DNA from: Podarcis tiliguerta
Lineage: Eukaryota
Assembly (NCBI GenBank): GCA_965153285.1
Contig: OZ229112.1
Reading direction: 5' to 3' (one strand)
Length of the DNA: 64,000 nt
Below are positions 51,301 through 64,000 of this stretch, one piece after another. A program made the position numbers and the translations under genes. Numbering within the stretch: position 1 is the first letter of the stretch; each line of letters starts with the position of its first letter. The notes under the pieces are model-generated. The model worked only from the letters and a program-made list of their open reading frames with translations. It ran no database searches and was not told where the DNA came from.

Positions 51301-54300
51301 GTTCCTCTATTTGTGGCTTAAGTACCAACAAGGTCCCACAAGAGCATTAGCACAAGCTGAATTTCATGGTAAAAACTACGGATCCAGGTGCGAATGTACA
51401 CTTATGGTTAATATTTAATGAAGGGTTCTTAATGACACTCTCTCTGTAGCTATCTTGTGATTGCCTTTGCCAGGCAAACTTTCCTAATCTCTGCTTTTGC
51501 TTACCTTTATTCTTCCAGCAGTCCAAAAGCCGATGTGCTAATAAGAACTATGAAGCATTTTTCCTTAACAATGTAAACCCCATAGGCTTATAGGTGTGTC
51601 AAGTCTTGCATGCTGGCAATGCATGCCACATTTTATAGCAAAAAACCCCAAAATCTCCAGACACAGAAATTAGTATGAAAAAAGCAAAAGGACTTGTCTC
51701 TCAGTTTGCTTCTCACTCACCACTCTGGTCATTCTCAGATTGTTATCTAACCAGACAATTTTTGTGAAGTCTAATTTTCAAGGCTCGGCAACTAGCTAGA
51801 TTTTCGCAAATTCCAATGGAGATGATTTGACAGCCTGAGACACCTCATGGAAACTGATGAAGATATTAAATCTAAACTTTATCCCTTCCTTGGCTTTGTT
51901 CTATTATTCCAGTTCTTACTTCTTTCTCATATAGATCTACAAAGTAATTTCATTTGAATGGATATTGGAGTATTTCCACACACACCTTAATAAGAATAGG
52001 GGCTATTTTTAGTTCTCATTTCATGACACTCCCTGGTTCTCGGTCTAGCCCCAAAAAGTACTTCAGAATGCTGGTGGCCTGTAAATATCATGTTTGATTC
52101 ATCCCATTGTTGTTGTTATTTTTGTTAGTGTGACCCAAAAAAGCACGCCATGCATAGCAGTCTGTTAGGGTGAGCCTGCTCCTATATCTTCTAACGGCCG
52201 TGTAAAAGATGGAAGTATTGGAACAGCTCCTAGGACCCTGACACGACCCACCACCCAGGACTGGTCCAACCATTAGGAAGAGTGAGACTAGGAGGCAACT
52301 TTTGAGCCCCCTAGCCATTGTCTGTTCGAGGACAGAGCGGTGTGCCACACATATTCCTGCTCTGCATCCCTTAGGCAAGCTGCCCGTCCTCTACAGTGGT
52401 GAAGAGCATTGTCCCATCACCAGAATTGAAGCACTGGCTTCCAGTCAGCTTCTGTACATGCAATGGAAGGGGTGCCTCTTGTCCTTCGCTTCAGACAGCA
52501 AAGTGTCTTGCGCTGGCCATGCTACTGCCGGTGACTTTCTTCTCTTTCTTTTCTCTAAATTCTGTATGCTTATCCATCACTGATACCTTCCAAATTTTCG
52601 TCACTGCTTCCTTCATTTCCTTCACTGCTGGTGACCTATTTTTCCATTTTTGTGCAAGAAGTATGCAAGCAACTACTATTGCATTTCATGTTAGTACTTT
52701 GTGTTTCGTGGGCCTAAATACCCTAACAAAATTTGAGGGGGATCCAATGGTATAGTCTAACTTATGTTACCTTTCCCAAGATTTTAATTATTGGACAGGT
52801 CTACCAAGTATGTTCCATATCTGCATTCTGATGTCCACAGCTCCAGCCTGTTACAGAATGTGTAAACTTTGCTCAATGTGAGTGGAGTCATATACCATTG
52901 ATAGGACAATTTGTAATGTTTTTCTCTAACACAAAGAGATTGTGCTGTTTTGTGAGTTAAAAAAACAACAACAACCCAAAACCATTATTGTTCAGAAATT
53001 GGTCTATTATTTTTACTCACTTTCCCTTAAAGATTGTACCCAAATGTAATTTCAAAGTAGTCAGGAAAACATATTTTAGATATATGCTCTCCCCAGGGAT
53101 CATTACCTATCTTTAGGCACCAGGCAAAAATTTCTTTTCTGTCATGCCTTTGGCCTTTAATTATCTGTGGTCTCCTTCAGTGAGTGGGATGCCTTGGTCC
53201 TGCCTTTTTTATGAACATGAATGTGTTTTTAGCTTCTACTCTCTTTTAGTTTTATGCTAGCTTTAATGTATTGGGTTCTTCTTCTTTTTTGTAAGTCGCT
53301 TTGTGTTACTTTTTGTTTTTTAAAAAGACTAATAATTTTATACACCACAGGCCTTTCTCCTTCCATTTCTCTTCCTGTTCATTTCACTTTATTCATCAAA
53401 TCAATATTAATGCTTTCTGTTTTGTTTTTAAGAGCATTTTTACCATTAAGATTGTAACATGTCTGATGCTTCTCAGTTTAAGAGTTCTACAAGACCATAT
53501 TTTCTTATACATCTTTGTCTGCGCAGATGCTTCAGTTAAAATGCAAATGTCATATATTTAGCATGCAAATGAAGTGACATAAATATAATACTTGAAATCT
53601 GCATGCTATCTTAAAAAGTAATTGCAGCCTTGAATAAGAATCCAAGAAGTTAGGATTGTCTGAAGATTCCATATTCTTTTAATGACTGCTTGAGTCCATA
53701 TCTTTGTCTAAGTGCTGCATGTATATTTGGGAAGAGCCATTCTCAACTTAGGGACATCTTTTCCCTGCATTCTTCTTCCGTCTGCTTTTGCAGGGCACAG
53801 ATTACAGTCCTAATGTAAACAGGGGAAATCTGACTCTCTGGGCCACAGATTCATCTTTCTGTCTGCCAGCTACATTCCGAAAATATGCAAGAATTATCCA
53901 ATTCTCCATTGTTAACTGCAACAGAACAAATCATGCCGAAAAACAGGGGATGTGTGCTCAGTAATAACAGTGAGAAAAGCACACCCTGTTATGGGTAAGC
54001 TTTAACAAGCTGGAAATCATAATAGGCAGCGTTCTGCATGCAAACCAAGGCACAGCAGCAAAGGTGAGCTTTTCTACATAATTGTGCAATCTGGTGATGA
54101 CCTTGACATATTTGTATAGAGGGATGTCTTAAAAGCCACAATTGATTCACAAAGATAGAACGCCTTTATTCCTAAAATGACTCTTTCCTTGAAATCATTC
54201 TAAAATCTTGTGAAGCACAAGTTGTTGCTGCTTTTTTTACATCCTCAATAAAGTGGACAAGATAAGCAGGCTAAGATGAATAATTGTACCATTTCAGGTG

Positions 54301-54436
54301 GGGGAAAACCCTAAAGGTGTCATTTGATAACACCTATTCCTACTCAGAATAGGCACATTGAAGTTAATAAGCATGGCTAACTTAGGATCATTAGATTCAG
54401 GTAGTCGAAATATATATATATATAAATTTAAAAAAT

Positions 54437-54622
54437 TGTCCAGTAGCACCTTAGAGACCAACTAAGTTTGTTCTTGGTATAAGCTTTCGTGTGCATGCAC
54501 ACTTCTTCAGATACACTGAAACAGAAGTCACCAGACCCTTATATACAATGGGAGGGTGGGGTGGGGTTTTTCTCAGGAGGGTAGTAGGAGATGGGTGATT
54601 GATTCAATGGGAATGGTAAACA
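54437..54622. mobile_element. Penelope-like element terminal fragment
   Basis: gtccagtagcaccttagagaccaactaagtttgtt...aagctttcgtgtgcatgcacacttcttcagatac; same motif family as the remnants at 23375 and 29568, but less decayed. Confidence 0.7.
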
Positions 54623-54699
54623 GTGTCATTAGTTTGAATGGGTCTACTCTGAGTATTGAATACCAGCATTGAATACCACCACGGGAAATGTGTTCCTGT

Positions 54700-55125
54700 T
54701 AAGTCTTTTCAACTTCTCAGTGGCTTTTGATACCATCTGTCATGGTATCCTTCTGGAGCGGCTATCCAAGTTAGAGGTGGGTGGGACTGCTTTGCGATGG
54801 TTCTGATCCTACTTGGATGGTTGTTTCCAGAGGGTGATGCTTTGTTGGCCTCATGGAGCCTGCAGTACAGGGTTCTTTGGGGTTCTGAGTATTTAACCGC
54901 TGAGTGGGGTCATCCAGAGTTTAGGAGTGTGATGTCAGCAATATGCTGATGACACACAGCTCTACATATGCAGGTTTGGCTAATTAAACAATCAGTGGTC
55001 TTTTAAACTGGGGGGTGTTGCTTTTGTTTGTTATTTTGGCATGTGTTTTTGTGTTTTCATGCTGTAAACCACCATGTGTTTTTCAGATGAAGGGCAGCAT
55101 AGAAATTTAATAAATAATAATAATA
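54700..55125 (+). mobile_element. L2 LINE RT fragment joined to its 3' tail
   Basis: ctcagtggcttttgataccatc (LSxAFDTI), caatatgctgatgacacacagctctac (QYADDTQLY), then tgtaaaccacc...gaagggcagcatagaaat and (TAA)n. Confidence 0.85.
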
Positions 55126-55465
55126 CATTTCCCATGTTAACACTCATTCCAGAGTTGGCTCAGTAGACAAAGACAGAACTATAGATAGTAATGGATTTGT
55201 CGTTCCACTATTTCTCAGTTCAGCTACCTCAAAGGGTTGTTGGGATTATTAAATAAACATATATACCAACTTCAGCTGAGGCTTTGGGATAGGGTAGGAT
55301 GAATTCTAAACAGAACAGTTAGAGTTTGACGATATTGGACATATTTGATTGCCTTTGGAACGTGATTAGTATCTATGTGCTCAACTTTTATCAGTGTTAG
55401 TGCTGAATGGGAGCAAAGAGTACACATTTTCCAAGTAAAGCGTGTTCTCCTTCATGGACAGCACA

Positions 55466-55905
55466 TGTTGCGGTGGGGGCTAACAAGACACCCACTGTTG
55501 CTGGGCGGGAAAAGAGTTTGGCCACCATTCTCATTGAGCTTCCTGTTGCTGGGGAGATTTAAATGTTGCCATTTCGTGATTGACAGCCATAGCCTTTAAA
55601 TACCCTGCACGCAGCATTGAGATTCCTCTTTTTGCTGTGTGCATCGGATCACCCGCCCCACCTACCTATTTTCAGGTTGTTCACTTGACCTTGTTATGCC
55701 TGTCATGGGGTCATCTGCTTTGGGGGCAGGGGCCCAGTAGGAATTTTGTCCATTTGTGTGATTGGCTGGTGCCATTTGGTTTTTGCCTACTGTGTAGCAA
55801 ATTGTCACAACTTGTAAGGTTGCGATTAGGCATTGGTTTAGGAATTGGTTGGTGGAGGAATTGGTTGGTAGCTGCTTTTCCAGATCTCTTCCTTAAGATT
55901 TGGGG
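55466..55905. repeat. Unclassified GC-richer interspersed repeat (LTR- or DIRS-terminal-like)
   Basis: Abrupt compositional shift with retained CpGs, a TATA-like tttaaata near 55595 and repeated attgg; family not firmly recognised. Confidence 0.4.
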
Positions 55906-56083
55906 TTGACAGACCAAGGGAAAGTGTAGGTTCATTGAGGCTACGGACTAAGCAAGCACAATATGTGAGATGGTAGAAAGTAGCTTCTAATGTGGTACAG
56001 AAGTTAAGCCTGTGTGCCTTACTCATGCCTCAAAATGCCTAATAATTGTAAATGTCTTTTTTAATGTTGGAAGTCAAAGTTAT

Positions 56084-56256
56084 TTAGAAGTGCAATTTCA
56101 ATGGGTCTTCAGTGTGCATAGATAAATCTCCACAATCCAAATATTTCAGATCAACTGGAATGTGTTCAGCTGAAATATCCCTTGTTTTAAACAAGTCTGT
56201 ATTGCAACCCATACTGGAACAAGGGATGCAATGAATATCTGTGTTTTTCACTTTCA
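56084..56256 (-). CDS. Candidate terminal coding exon of an unidentified gene
   Basis: Acceptor gtgttccctttcAG; open frame KVKNTDIHCIPCSS...TEDPLKLHF*; ATTAAA about 20 nt after the stop; phase-compatible with the 62921-62979 candidate. Protein not recognised. Confidence 0.3.
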
Positions 56257-58184
56257 CTGAAAGGGAACACACACTGGCATCAACAAAGCAGTACTTCAAT
56301 ACAGCAACATATTTACAGAAGGTTGCTGAAAATCTGTAGGCAAAAACCAAGAGGCAACTTGTACAAGATGTTGTGGACCCTGTGAAACAGAAACTTAAGC
56401 TAGACTGCCATGCCTTTCAGCTGGAAAAGTCTGAGCAATATAGTAAGGTCTCTGGTCTTATAAAAGCATCAGAGCACATTCATGCTAACAGGTAAACAAC
56501 TTTTTTGGGGAAAACCCTACCTCTACCAAGATAAAAAATAAAATATGTATATTTCTTTTTTTCTGGATAAATATCTCTAATAGCGACACTTTCCAGCATG
56601 GCATAAATGCTCTAGGTTTCCTACATCCCTGATTAGGATTCATACAAAATAAACATTGCTCATTTTATTAAGCTAATCATTACACTGAATTACTTAAGGT
56701 AATGCTTGCTTTCACTCCGAAAGCTCATTTACTCAGAAGCAACCCAATGACTTCGGTTGCACGTCTGCGTGCCTAGTGTCAGTGATCCTCATCAGTGACC
56801 TCAGTGCTAGTGATACAATTCAATTATCAGTATAATATTCCAAAAAAATAAATAAATGGAAAACACACTTTTTACTTTGACACTTGAAACAGTGACACAT
56901 CATCTTTGCGGAATGTGGCAGGGAAAGGAGGGAGCTTTAATCGTTAAATAGCTTGGGTTTAGCAAAGAAACAGAAGAAGAAACATTTTAAGTAAACATAT
57001 CCAAGATTAGATAATATATTGCAAATCCCCCCTCCAAAAAGCTACTGGAAAGCTATAATTTACTTTCCTTTCTGGTTAAAACTACATGAGAACTGGTTTC
57101 CCCCCTCTTTTTTTAACTAATCCAACTCCCCCCTCTTAAAAAAAAATCCTATTGGTGGCTATGCATCCTCCCTCAGTCACACACAATAGCAAATGCTTAC
57201 AATGAGAATGGCTCCACTGGAGCAATACTAATACATTTGACACAGCTTCCATCCTGTCATTATGCAGAGGAGCTTGTGCTTATCCCTTTTTAAATTGGAG
57301 ACTCTTTTTAACCAGGAATCCCCAGGATGAAAGTGAACCATTTTCATCGCGGCAAAACAAATCCTTCTCTGGTGAATTTTGTTATTGTTTATTGTTACCA
57401 GCATTTTATCAGCACTAAACTGTGTGAAAGCTTCAATTAGTTCTTGATGAATGATCCCATAAAATCATGTCGTTTCATTTCCCCTGCCAGGCAGAAATTT
57501 TTTACTGAGTGTTATTAAATGAAATATAATTGGGACAGGATTCAGGAAACGTACAGGCATCTTGTTCTCCTTTTTGGGTTGGAACAGTAGAGTGAATATT
57601 GAGTATATCTGGTGTTAGGTTTTATCGTCAGTATTCTTCTTATTTAGGCAAACAGCTTTTTGTTGCACAAAGAAATATGCTCTGTAAGTCTCAGATAATT
57701 ATTTATAACTATGACACTGGGTGGATACAGACATGCAGTAGTCATTTGAAGTCATGCCATCGGCATCTGGACAGGAAAGTAAGTAAATGCTAGCGTTTTA
57801 CCAATCAGTAATGCGGAGTATGGTAAAACTTGCCTTTCTACCTGGTCTGATGCTACAAGGGGCCAGTTCAGCACAGCAGTTACTTACATGCTAGGACTCT
57901 ATAGCACTGCTAAAGAATTTCCCTTGTGCAATTGAAAGTGAAATTAAAATTATGGTTCTACAGCAGAGATGGAGAACCTGTGCCCCCCCCCCCCCCGACG
58001 TTGTTGGGCTCCATCATCACTAACCATCAGCCGTAATCAGCATGGCCAGTGGTTCCCCATGCCTGATCTACATGGAACTTGGCACTGCTATGGGGAATAT
58101 AGCACTGTTCTACAATCCACATCCCCCTAGCAAGACCATATTTTTTTTTACTCAGAAGTAAATACCATTGAGTTCAATTCAGCT

Positions 58185-58275
58185 TAGAATCACAGAATCA
58201 TAACATTATAGAATCAGGAAATTGTAGAGTTGGAAGGTACACCCAGGGTCATCTGGTCCAACTCCCTGAAATGCT
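58185..58275 (-). mobile_element. CR1 3' terminus (very short 5'-truncated copy)
   Basis: agaatc repeats followed by tgtagagttggaagg...cccagggtcatct..tccaact, as at 42712. Confidence 0.8.
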
Positions 58276-59255
58276 TACTCATTAGGAAATGTGCTCTGGG
58301 TTACATTGCCCATGAATGAAGAGAGGGTGAGGAAAGGAGGGGATGAAAAAAAGAGGCTACACTGCAAAACTAGTCAAAGTGGGCATAGCTGAATGGGGAA
58401 CAAAGGGTGAAGCCAACCAGGAGGAATTGCCCACCGTGGGGGTGAGATGGAGGGGAAGGACCAAGAGGGAAGGCAGTTTAGTTAGTTTGGTTTACTAAAT
58501 TTGTGAATTGCTTCTCACAACAAAATGTCTCAAAGCCATTTACAATAAAAAGTACAATAACCAAAAGACACAAACGTGAGAAAAAACATCATCAGAGTAA
58601 CAGCATCCAATTATTTATGCTGTAATTGTGATGTTTAGCTTATTTTTGCTGGTTTGTTAATAGTGTTTTGCTGGTTTGCTACGGCTTTATTGATTATTTT
58701 TTAACTATATTATATGACATGCTGTAATTGTGTTGTTCTATTATGTTACTCATTGTTTGTAAGCAGCTTTGGGATTCATTTAAATGGAAAGTGACATGGA
58801 AATATAATAAATTGCTTGATATCCAAACCATGAGAAATTGGGTGTCAGGTGGACATCCATAGGGTGAGCATTCCATAAATGAGGAGCTACTTCATAAAAG
58901 ACCCGTTCCCTCTCTGCCACCCTCTTGAATTCCCTCGGAGATGGCACTCAGAGAATGACCTCAGATGATGATCCCAGGGTCTGGGCAGGTTCACATGTGG
59001 AGAATCAGTCCTTTACATATAGGGGTCAATTCATAGCAGGATGATGGATGGATCCTGGCAGCCATGTTTTAGAGAAATGCAGTGAATCTGCTTAGGCCTA
59101 AATCAAGTGCAGGAGGCAAAGGGATTTCCATAAAGGCACCCTCCCTCCCCGAAACCATTACACAGTTCCTTGGTTGGTGACATTCTCCTGCCTTTCTTCC
59201 TTGACAACTACTGGTGAGCACGGAAGGAGTTTAATAATGGTTGCTGTCTCAATTG

Positions 59256-59505
59256 AGAGCCAGTGTGGTGTAGTGGTTGAGAGCAGTAGACTCGTAATCT
59301 GGGGAACCGGGTTCGCGCCTCCGCTCCTCCACATGCAGCTGCTGGGTGACCTTCGGCCAGTCACACTTCTCTGAAGTCTCTCAGCCTCACTCACCTCACA
59401 GAGTGTTTGTTGTGGGGGAGGAAGGGAAAGGAGAATGTTAGCCGCTTTGAGACTCCTTCGGGTAGTGATAAAGCGGGATATCAAATCCAAACTCCAAACT
59501 CTTCT
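59256..59505 (+). mobile_element. tRNA-derived SINE (Squam3-like), young full-length copy
   Basis: A box tggtgtagtgg, B-box-like gggttcgcgcc, CORE-like gggtgacctt.ggccagtcac, L2-type end ttagccgctttgagactcc...gcgggatat; CpGs retained. Confidence 0.9.
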
Positions 59506-60242
59506 TAGAGGACTCAGAGCTACTTCAAACCACACTGGAAACTATTACTAAAATCAGTCCTAGTCCTATGCATGGTTTTTCAGGACTACAGTCCATTTCT
59601 GTGTTCAGTAGTAATCACTCTCAAGTAAGTCCACAGGAGTGCAGCCTTAGTGACTCATTTCCTGTCACCTGGCAGCTCTCTTTTGAATTCATCATTTGCT
59701 TTAAAATTTTATTTGATCATCACAATTACACAGTTGCATTTTAAAAAGTAGAATTAAGTATATTAAATTAAAACAGAGCATCTAATGAAAGAGCATGGGA
59801 ACAGAAAACGGCTAATTAAATGGAGAGGTTCGGCTCTGAAGGCTTTACACTAAAAAAGAAAAGGTGTGTGAGTGGTGACTTCTTGCTGACTTTAATTTCT
59901 TGCCTGCCCCACCTGAAATCCAATGAGCAATAAATGAAATTTGCCTAGGATAAAACTGTAAAGAAGAGAGGGGGAGAAGGAAGAAGAAAGGAGTTTCTTA
60001 CATCAGCAAATGGGAAAAGTCTGGCTTCACAAGCACAGCTGTGTTGGAATATGAGCTAGCAAGTCCAGAAGCAAACTATCCAGGGCACAAGATTTGCAGT
60101 GGGGCAGAATAAGTATATCTACCTACAACCACCATTCTAGTTCTCAGAAGCAGGAGCTCAGGGCTAGTCTTCTGAGGACGGTCCATGACTGTCCAGTAAT
60201 AGAAGATATTAACAATCATCCATAATTGTGAAAGCTAATACA

Positions 60243-60460
60243 AGAGCCAACATGGCATAGTGGTTAGAGAGTCGAACTAGGACCTGGCAGACCAGGGTTC
60301 TAGTTCCCATTCAGTCATGAAGCTCACTGGTTGACCTTAAGCCAGTCAGTCTCTCAGCTTAACCTACCTGACCGGATAAAATGGGGAGGAGTAGAAGAAC
60401 TATTTATGCCACCTTGAGCTCCTTGGAGGGAAGGTGGGATATAAATGTAATCAATCTATC
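60243..60460 (+). mobile_element. Older tRNA/CORE SINE (MIR/Squam3A-like)
   Basis: tggcatagtggttagagagtcgaactaggacc...ccagggttctagttccc...ccaccttgagctccttggagggaaggtgggatataaat. Confidence 0.85.
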
Positions 60461-61526
60461 AAATCTGACTAGGGCATTTCATCATATTGTAAGGTATTTT
60501 GTCAATATCTTGTATAGGAAACACTGGCTCCATTGAGAACACGCAAATTAAGTTATAACAGACCTGTCTGTGGGTGATAGATAATCAAATAAGTTTGAAA
60601 CTCAGAAAATCTTAAATTGCACATGCTCATTCTTTTTAGAAGCTTCTAAGAGGATCATCTTACACAGCCTCGGTTAAATGAAGGCCTTTCTGTAATTATA
60701 AATATATACATAAAATGCATATATATATATATGCATACACACACACCAAGTCTTATAGTGCAAGGGTGGGGGAAGTTTGCTGTCTTCCAAGTTTCTGACA
60801 CACTTGGGGAATATGTCCTCAGAGAATTCATAGTGCTGGTGGGCTCCTGCTTTAAAGAATTTCAGATTGCTGAGGGTGGTGTTTCCCCTTTGAAGAATGC
60901 TGCATTTTTAAAAGATATCTTCCTTTGAAGATATGAATATCTGTGGGGTTTCCCTCCAAAATTCTCATTGTTGGAAAGTCCTCTGTTGAAGGTATTATCA
61001 GGTTAGGATGGGGCGGGGGGGAAGCCTAGGAATACTTTTCACCCCTCAGAGGACTGTCGTCTTTTTGAAGATATTTAGATGGATTGAGTAGATATGATTC
61101 TGAGTTCTCATAGCTAGAAGGTATGGAACAGAACTTTGTGGCCATAGACAACTGCAGCACAGCTGTGGAGGAATGAGAGGCATACACAGAGAAAGAAATA
61201 TTACTTGTGGGAGATGCAATCATCTTCAAGATGACAGAGTAAATTTATTCCACTGGAGGGGGCGGATGAAATGGGTGCTCATCCTCCCCATTTCTCTTTC
61301 GAAATCAAATATTATCTATATATCTAACAGTGCAATCTTTTATGTGTCTACTCAGAAGAAAGTCCTGTTGAGTTCTCCAAAGTAGAGCCATATAGGATTG
61401 CACTATAACTTCAAAAATAAAATAGGCTTCTAATGGTTGAGAAACCTTTCCTGGGCATCTTCACCTTCATCTGGTAAAATCCATTTGACAGAGAACTCTT
61501 TTCTAACATTGACTCCTCCATTAATA

Positions 61527-61920
61527 GGGATGTAGCTGGGTGGCAAATACTTAACATTCAAAGGATCCAAGGTTCAATCTCTGGCACCTGCAAATGATGT
61601 TGGGAAATATTCTTCTCTGAATCTCTGGAAAGCTGTAGCCTGGGATAGCCAAGGTGACAACCTCCAAATGTTTTGGACTACAACTCACATCAGCCTTACA
61701 TGGCATGACCAAGGTCAATGAGAGTTGTAGTCCATTATCTTCTGGAGGGTACCATGTTGACCACCTTGGGTGTAGGGCCATGCAGAGATCTCAGGTTCAA
61801 TCCCTGGCATGTCCAGGCAGGGCTGGGAAATGTTCTAAAATCCTGGATAGTCATTGCCAGTCAATGGAAACAGTAGTGACCTAGATGGACCAGTGGTCTG
61901 GCTAAGCAGACAGAAATTGC
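61527..61920 (+). mobile_element. Two tandem tRNA-derived, CR1-tailed SINE pieces separated by a palindromic MITE (~61640-61770)
   Basis: ggttcaatc(t/c)ctggca occurs twice (~61571 and ~61795); the intervening tgttttggactacaactc...gagttgtagtcca is a palindrome. Confidence 0.65.
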
Positions 61921-62117
61921 TTACCAGGATACCTGAACATATAACTTCCTTTCTAGGAGAGCTAGAGACTTATTTTTTATATATGAAAGCTCAGAGACTG
62001 GACCTTGTGCGTAAAGGGGCCCAATGAAGGCCACCAAGGGTGCCAGGTTGGCAACTCCTGTTCTAAAGACATAACCATATTTAGAACAACATATATGCAC
62101 ACAGCTAGCCAATATGA

Positions 62118-62449
62118 GGGGGACACGGGTGGTGCTGTGGACTAAACCACAGAACCTAGGGCTTGCTCATCGGAAGGTCAGCAGTTTGAATCCCCGCAAC
62201 GGGGTGAACTCCCGTTACTCTGTCCCAGCTCCTGCCAACCTAGCAGTTCAAAAACACGTCAAAGTGCAAGTAGATAAATAGGTATCGCTCTGGCGGGAAG
62301 GTAAACGGCATTTCCATGCACTGCTCTGGTTTGCCAGAAGCGGCTTAGTCATGCTGGCCACATGACCCGGAAGCTGTATGCCAGCTCCCTCGGCCAGTAA
62401 AGCGAGATGAGCGCCGCAACCCCAGAGTCAGGGGTCCCTTTACCTTTAC
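62118..62449 (+). mobile_element. Sauria SINE, full length
   Basis: 13-bp TSD ctagccaatatga at 62105-62117 and 62450-62462; short deletion just before the tail. Confidence 0.95.
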
Positions 62450-62920
62450 CTAGCCAATATGAATTTACTTATCACAATGAATGTCTAAAAATCAGAAAAA
62501 CAGAAGCAAGCCACTGTTGATAGCAATGCTGTGATCAATATCTTACATTGTAGTGAAAATCCTCTTGGGCTTAAAACTTTATTTTCTTGCATTTGGTGAG
62601 AAGCCCTAGAGAGCAACTCTGTGGGTGAATTACAGCATTAGAAATAAACATTGTGTTCTAGTACAAGGTAGTCCCTCTTAGAAGACATTATGACACATGA
62701 AAAACAGAGCAGGTAAACCTTAAAAGCAGTACATTTAGGTTTCTCTACAAAAAATAGAGAGTAAATGTCTGGTATAATGGATGTAATATGAAGAGTTTCC
62801 AAAAAAGCATTTTATTTAGGTGTGCATCTGAATAGGACAGAGAATACACATCCCAAAAAGCATTTGATAGTGGGGCAGAAAATGAACACACACGAATAAG
62901 TGACTTACTGACTCACTTAC

Positions 62921-62979
62921 GGCAGTACCTAGAAGCCTGAAATTTTCTACCCTTGTCGTATTCCAAAATATATTCATAA
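62921..62979 (-). CDS. Candidate 59-bp internal exon of an unidentified gene
   Basis: Acceptor ttttcagtctgttttAG and donor GTAAGT; two stop-free frames (YEYILEYDKGRKFQASRYC or MNIFWNTTRVENFRLLGTA); lies in repeat-free sequence. Confidence 0.4.
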
Positions 62980-64000
62980 CTAAAACAGACTGAAAATTGA
63001 GCAGCCTGAGAATTTTGCATTTTTTCTTCAAAACGTGCATTGCAAAGACTATTAAACACACACACATGCACACACACACAGCAAAACTCCAGCAAAGACC
63101 GACCCAAGGCATATAAGTATTATAATGGACACTTGAACCAGCTTCATATTGGGGGAAATGTGGGATTTGTCATGCAATGTAGATTTAAAAACAAGCCATT
63201 GATTTAACATAGTGGAAGAGATATAGGACTTCTGCCAGATCTCTGCACACTTCCAAGGGGACTCACTGCTGACTACCAAAAAGCCACTGTCTATTTGCTG
63301 CTCTTAGACACTACTATCTACTCACCTCCTTTGTCCCTCTGGACCAGAGACCACCAGTGGAAGGAATGGTAGCTTCCGTTGCCTGCTCACTCATCTGCCA
63401 TTTCCCGAGAGTGATATGGACTGGACCCAGAGAACACAAGGCCAACTGGAGGGGGGGAAGGCACCCTCCCAAGAGCATCTTGCCTCCGAGCTAGTCCTGT
63501 TAATCAGCTGTTTAATATAGCAACAGTTCTGCTACTCTCCTGGAGTCTGCTGTGGTGGGTGGTTAACAGGAAGGTGTGAAACAACATGAGTAGATGCATG
63601 AGTGACCCAATTAAGCACACTATACAAGATTCCATCTCTCTCCTGGGTCTTGTCGCCGGGGCTGGCTGGGATCCAAGTGTCAGTGTCAACCCTCAGCATT
63701 CTCATTCCCTTAGTTTCCAGGTTTGTTTATAGTGGGCACGCTCATATATTCAGAACCACATGCTTGTGCCAATAACCTGAAGCCAAAGCAATAGTGCCTA
63801 TTTGCCTTGAAAGAGAAAGCTTTACCTGTTTTGGGATTCAGGAGCAATATTTATTTATTTCTGCACATCTACAGTGCATTCACTTTCACACACTGAACCC
63901 ATCTGCATAAGCTTTAATGCCCCATCAACCCACACAACCTTTAAGATTTTATTGATTATTATCATTATTATTATTATTAAGACGTGCAAGCAAGTTGCAG

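Noticed and set aside
59256-59330. tRNA-like A/B boxes
   Set aside because: This is a SINE head that continues into a CORE/L2-type body and has a second copy at 22112-22390; it is not a tRNA gene.
60780-61260. Coding-looking stretch with several 50-70 codon frames
   Set aside because: Frames are interrupted by stops, with no recognisable domain or coherent splice sites.

Overview
This is vertebrate nuclear DNA from a squamate reptile, most likely a lacertid lizard (inferred from Sauria/POM-type SINEs with ACCTTT tails and Squam3-type SINEs with CTT tails). The window is AT-rich, CpG-poor and almost entirely non-coding, like a large intron or gene desert, with four assembly gaps. It holds a layered transposon record: six Sauria SINEs (four with clean target-site duplications), Squam3/MIR-type SINEs, CR1 and L2 LINE fragments, a BovB 3' end, a decayed DIRS tyrosine-recombinase element, two solo LTRs, Penelope-like remnants, and hAT and Tc1/mariner-type MITEs. 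Between the repeats lie several repeat-free blocks dense in homeodomain, TCF and forkhead motifs that resemble conserved developmental enhancers. A few short exon-like segments, mostly on the minus strand, may belong to a host gene I could not identify. I found no well-supported new biological system. The best leads are the enhancer-like blocks, a phase-compatible two-exon 3' gene end, the still-open DIRS recombinase frame, and elements from families known for horizontal transfer. All family assignments come from recognising the sequence, not from database searches.
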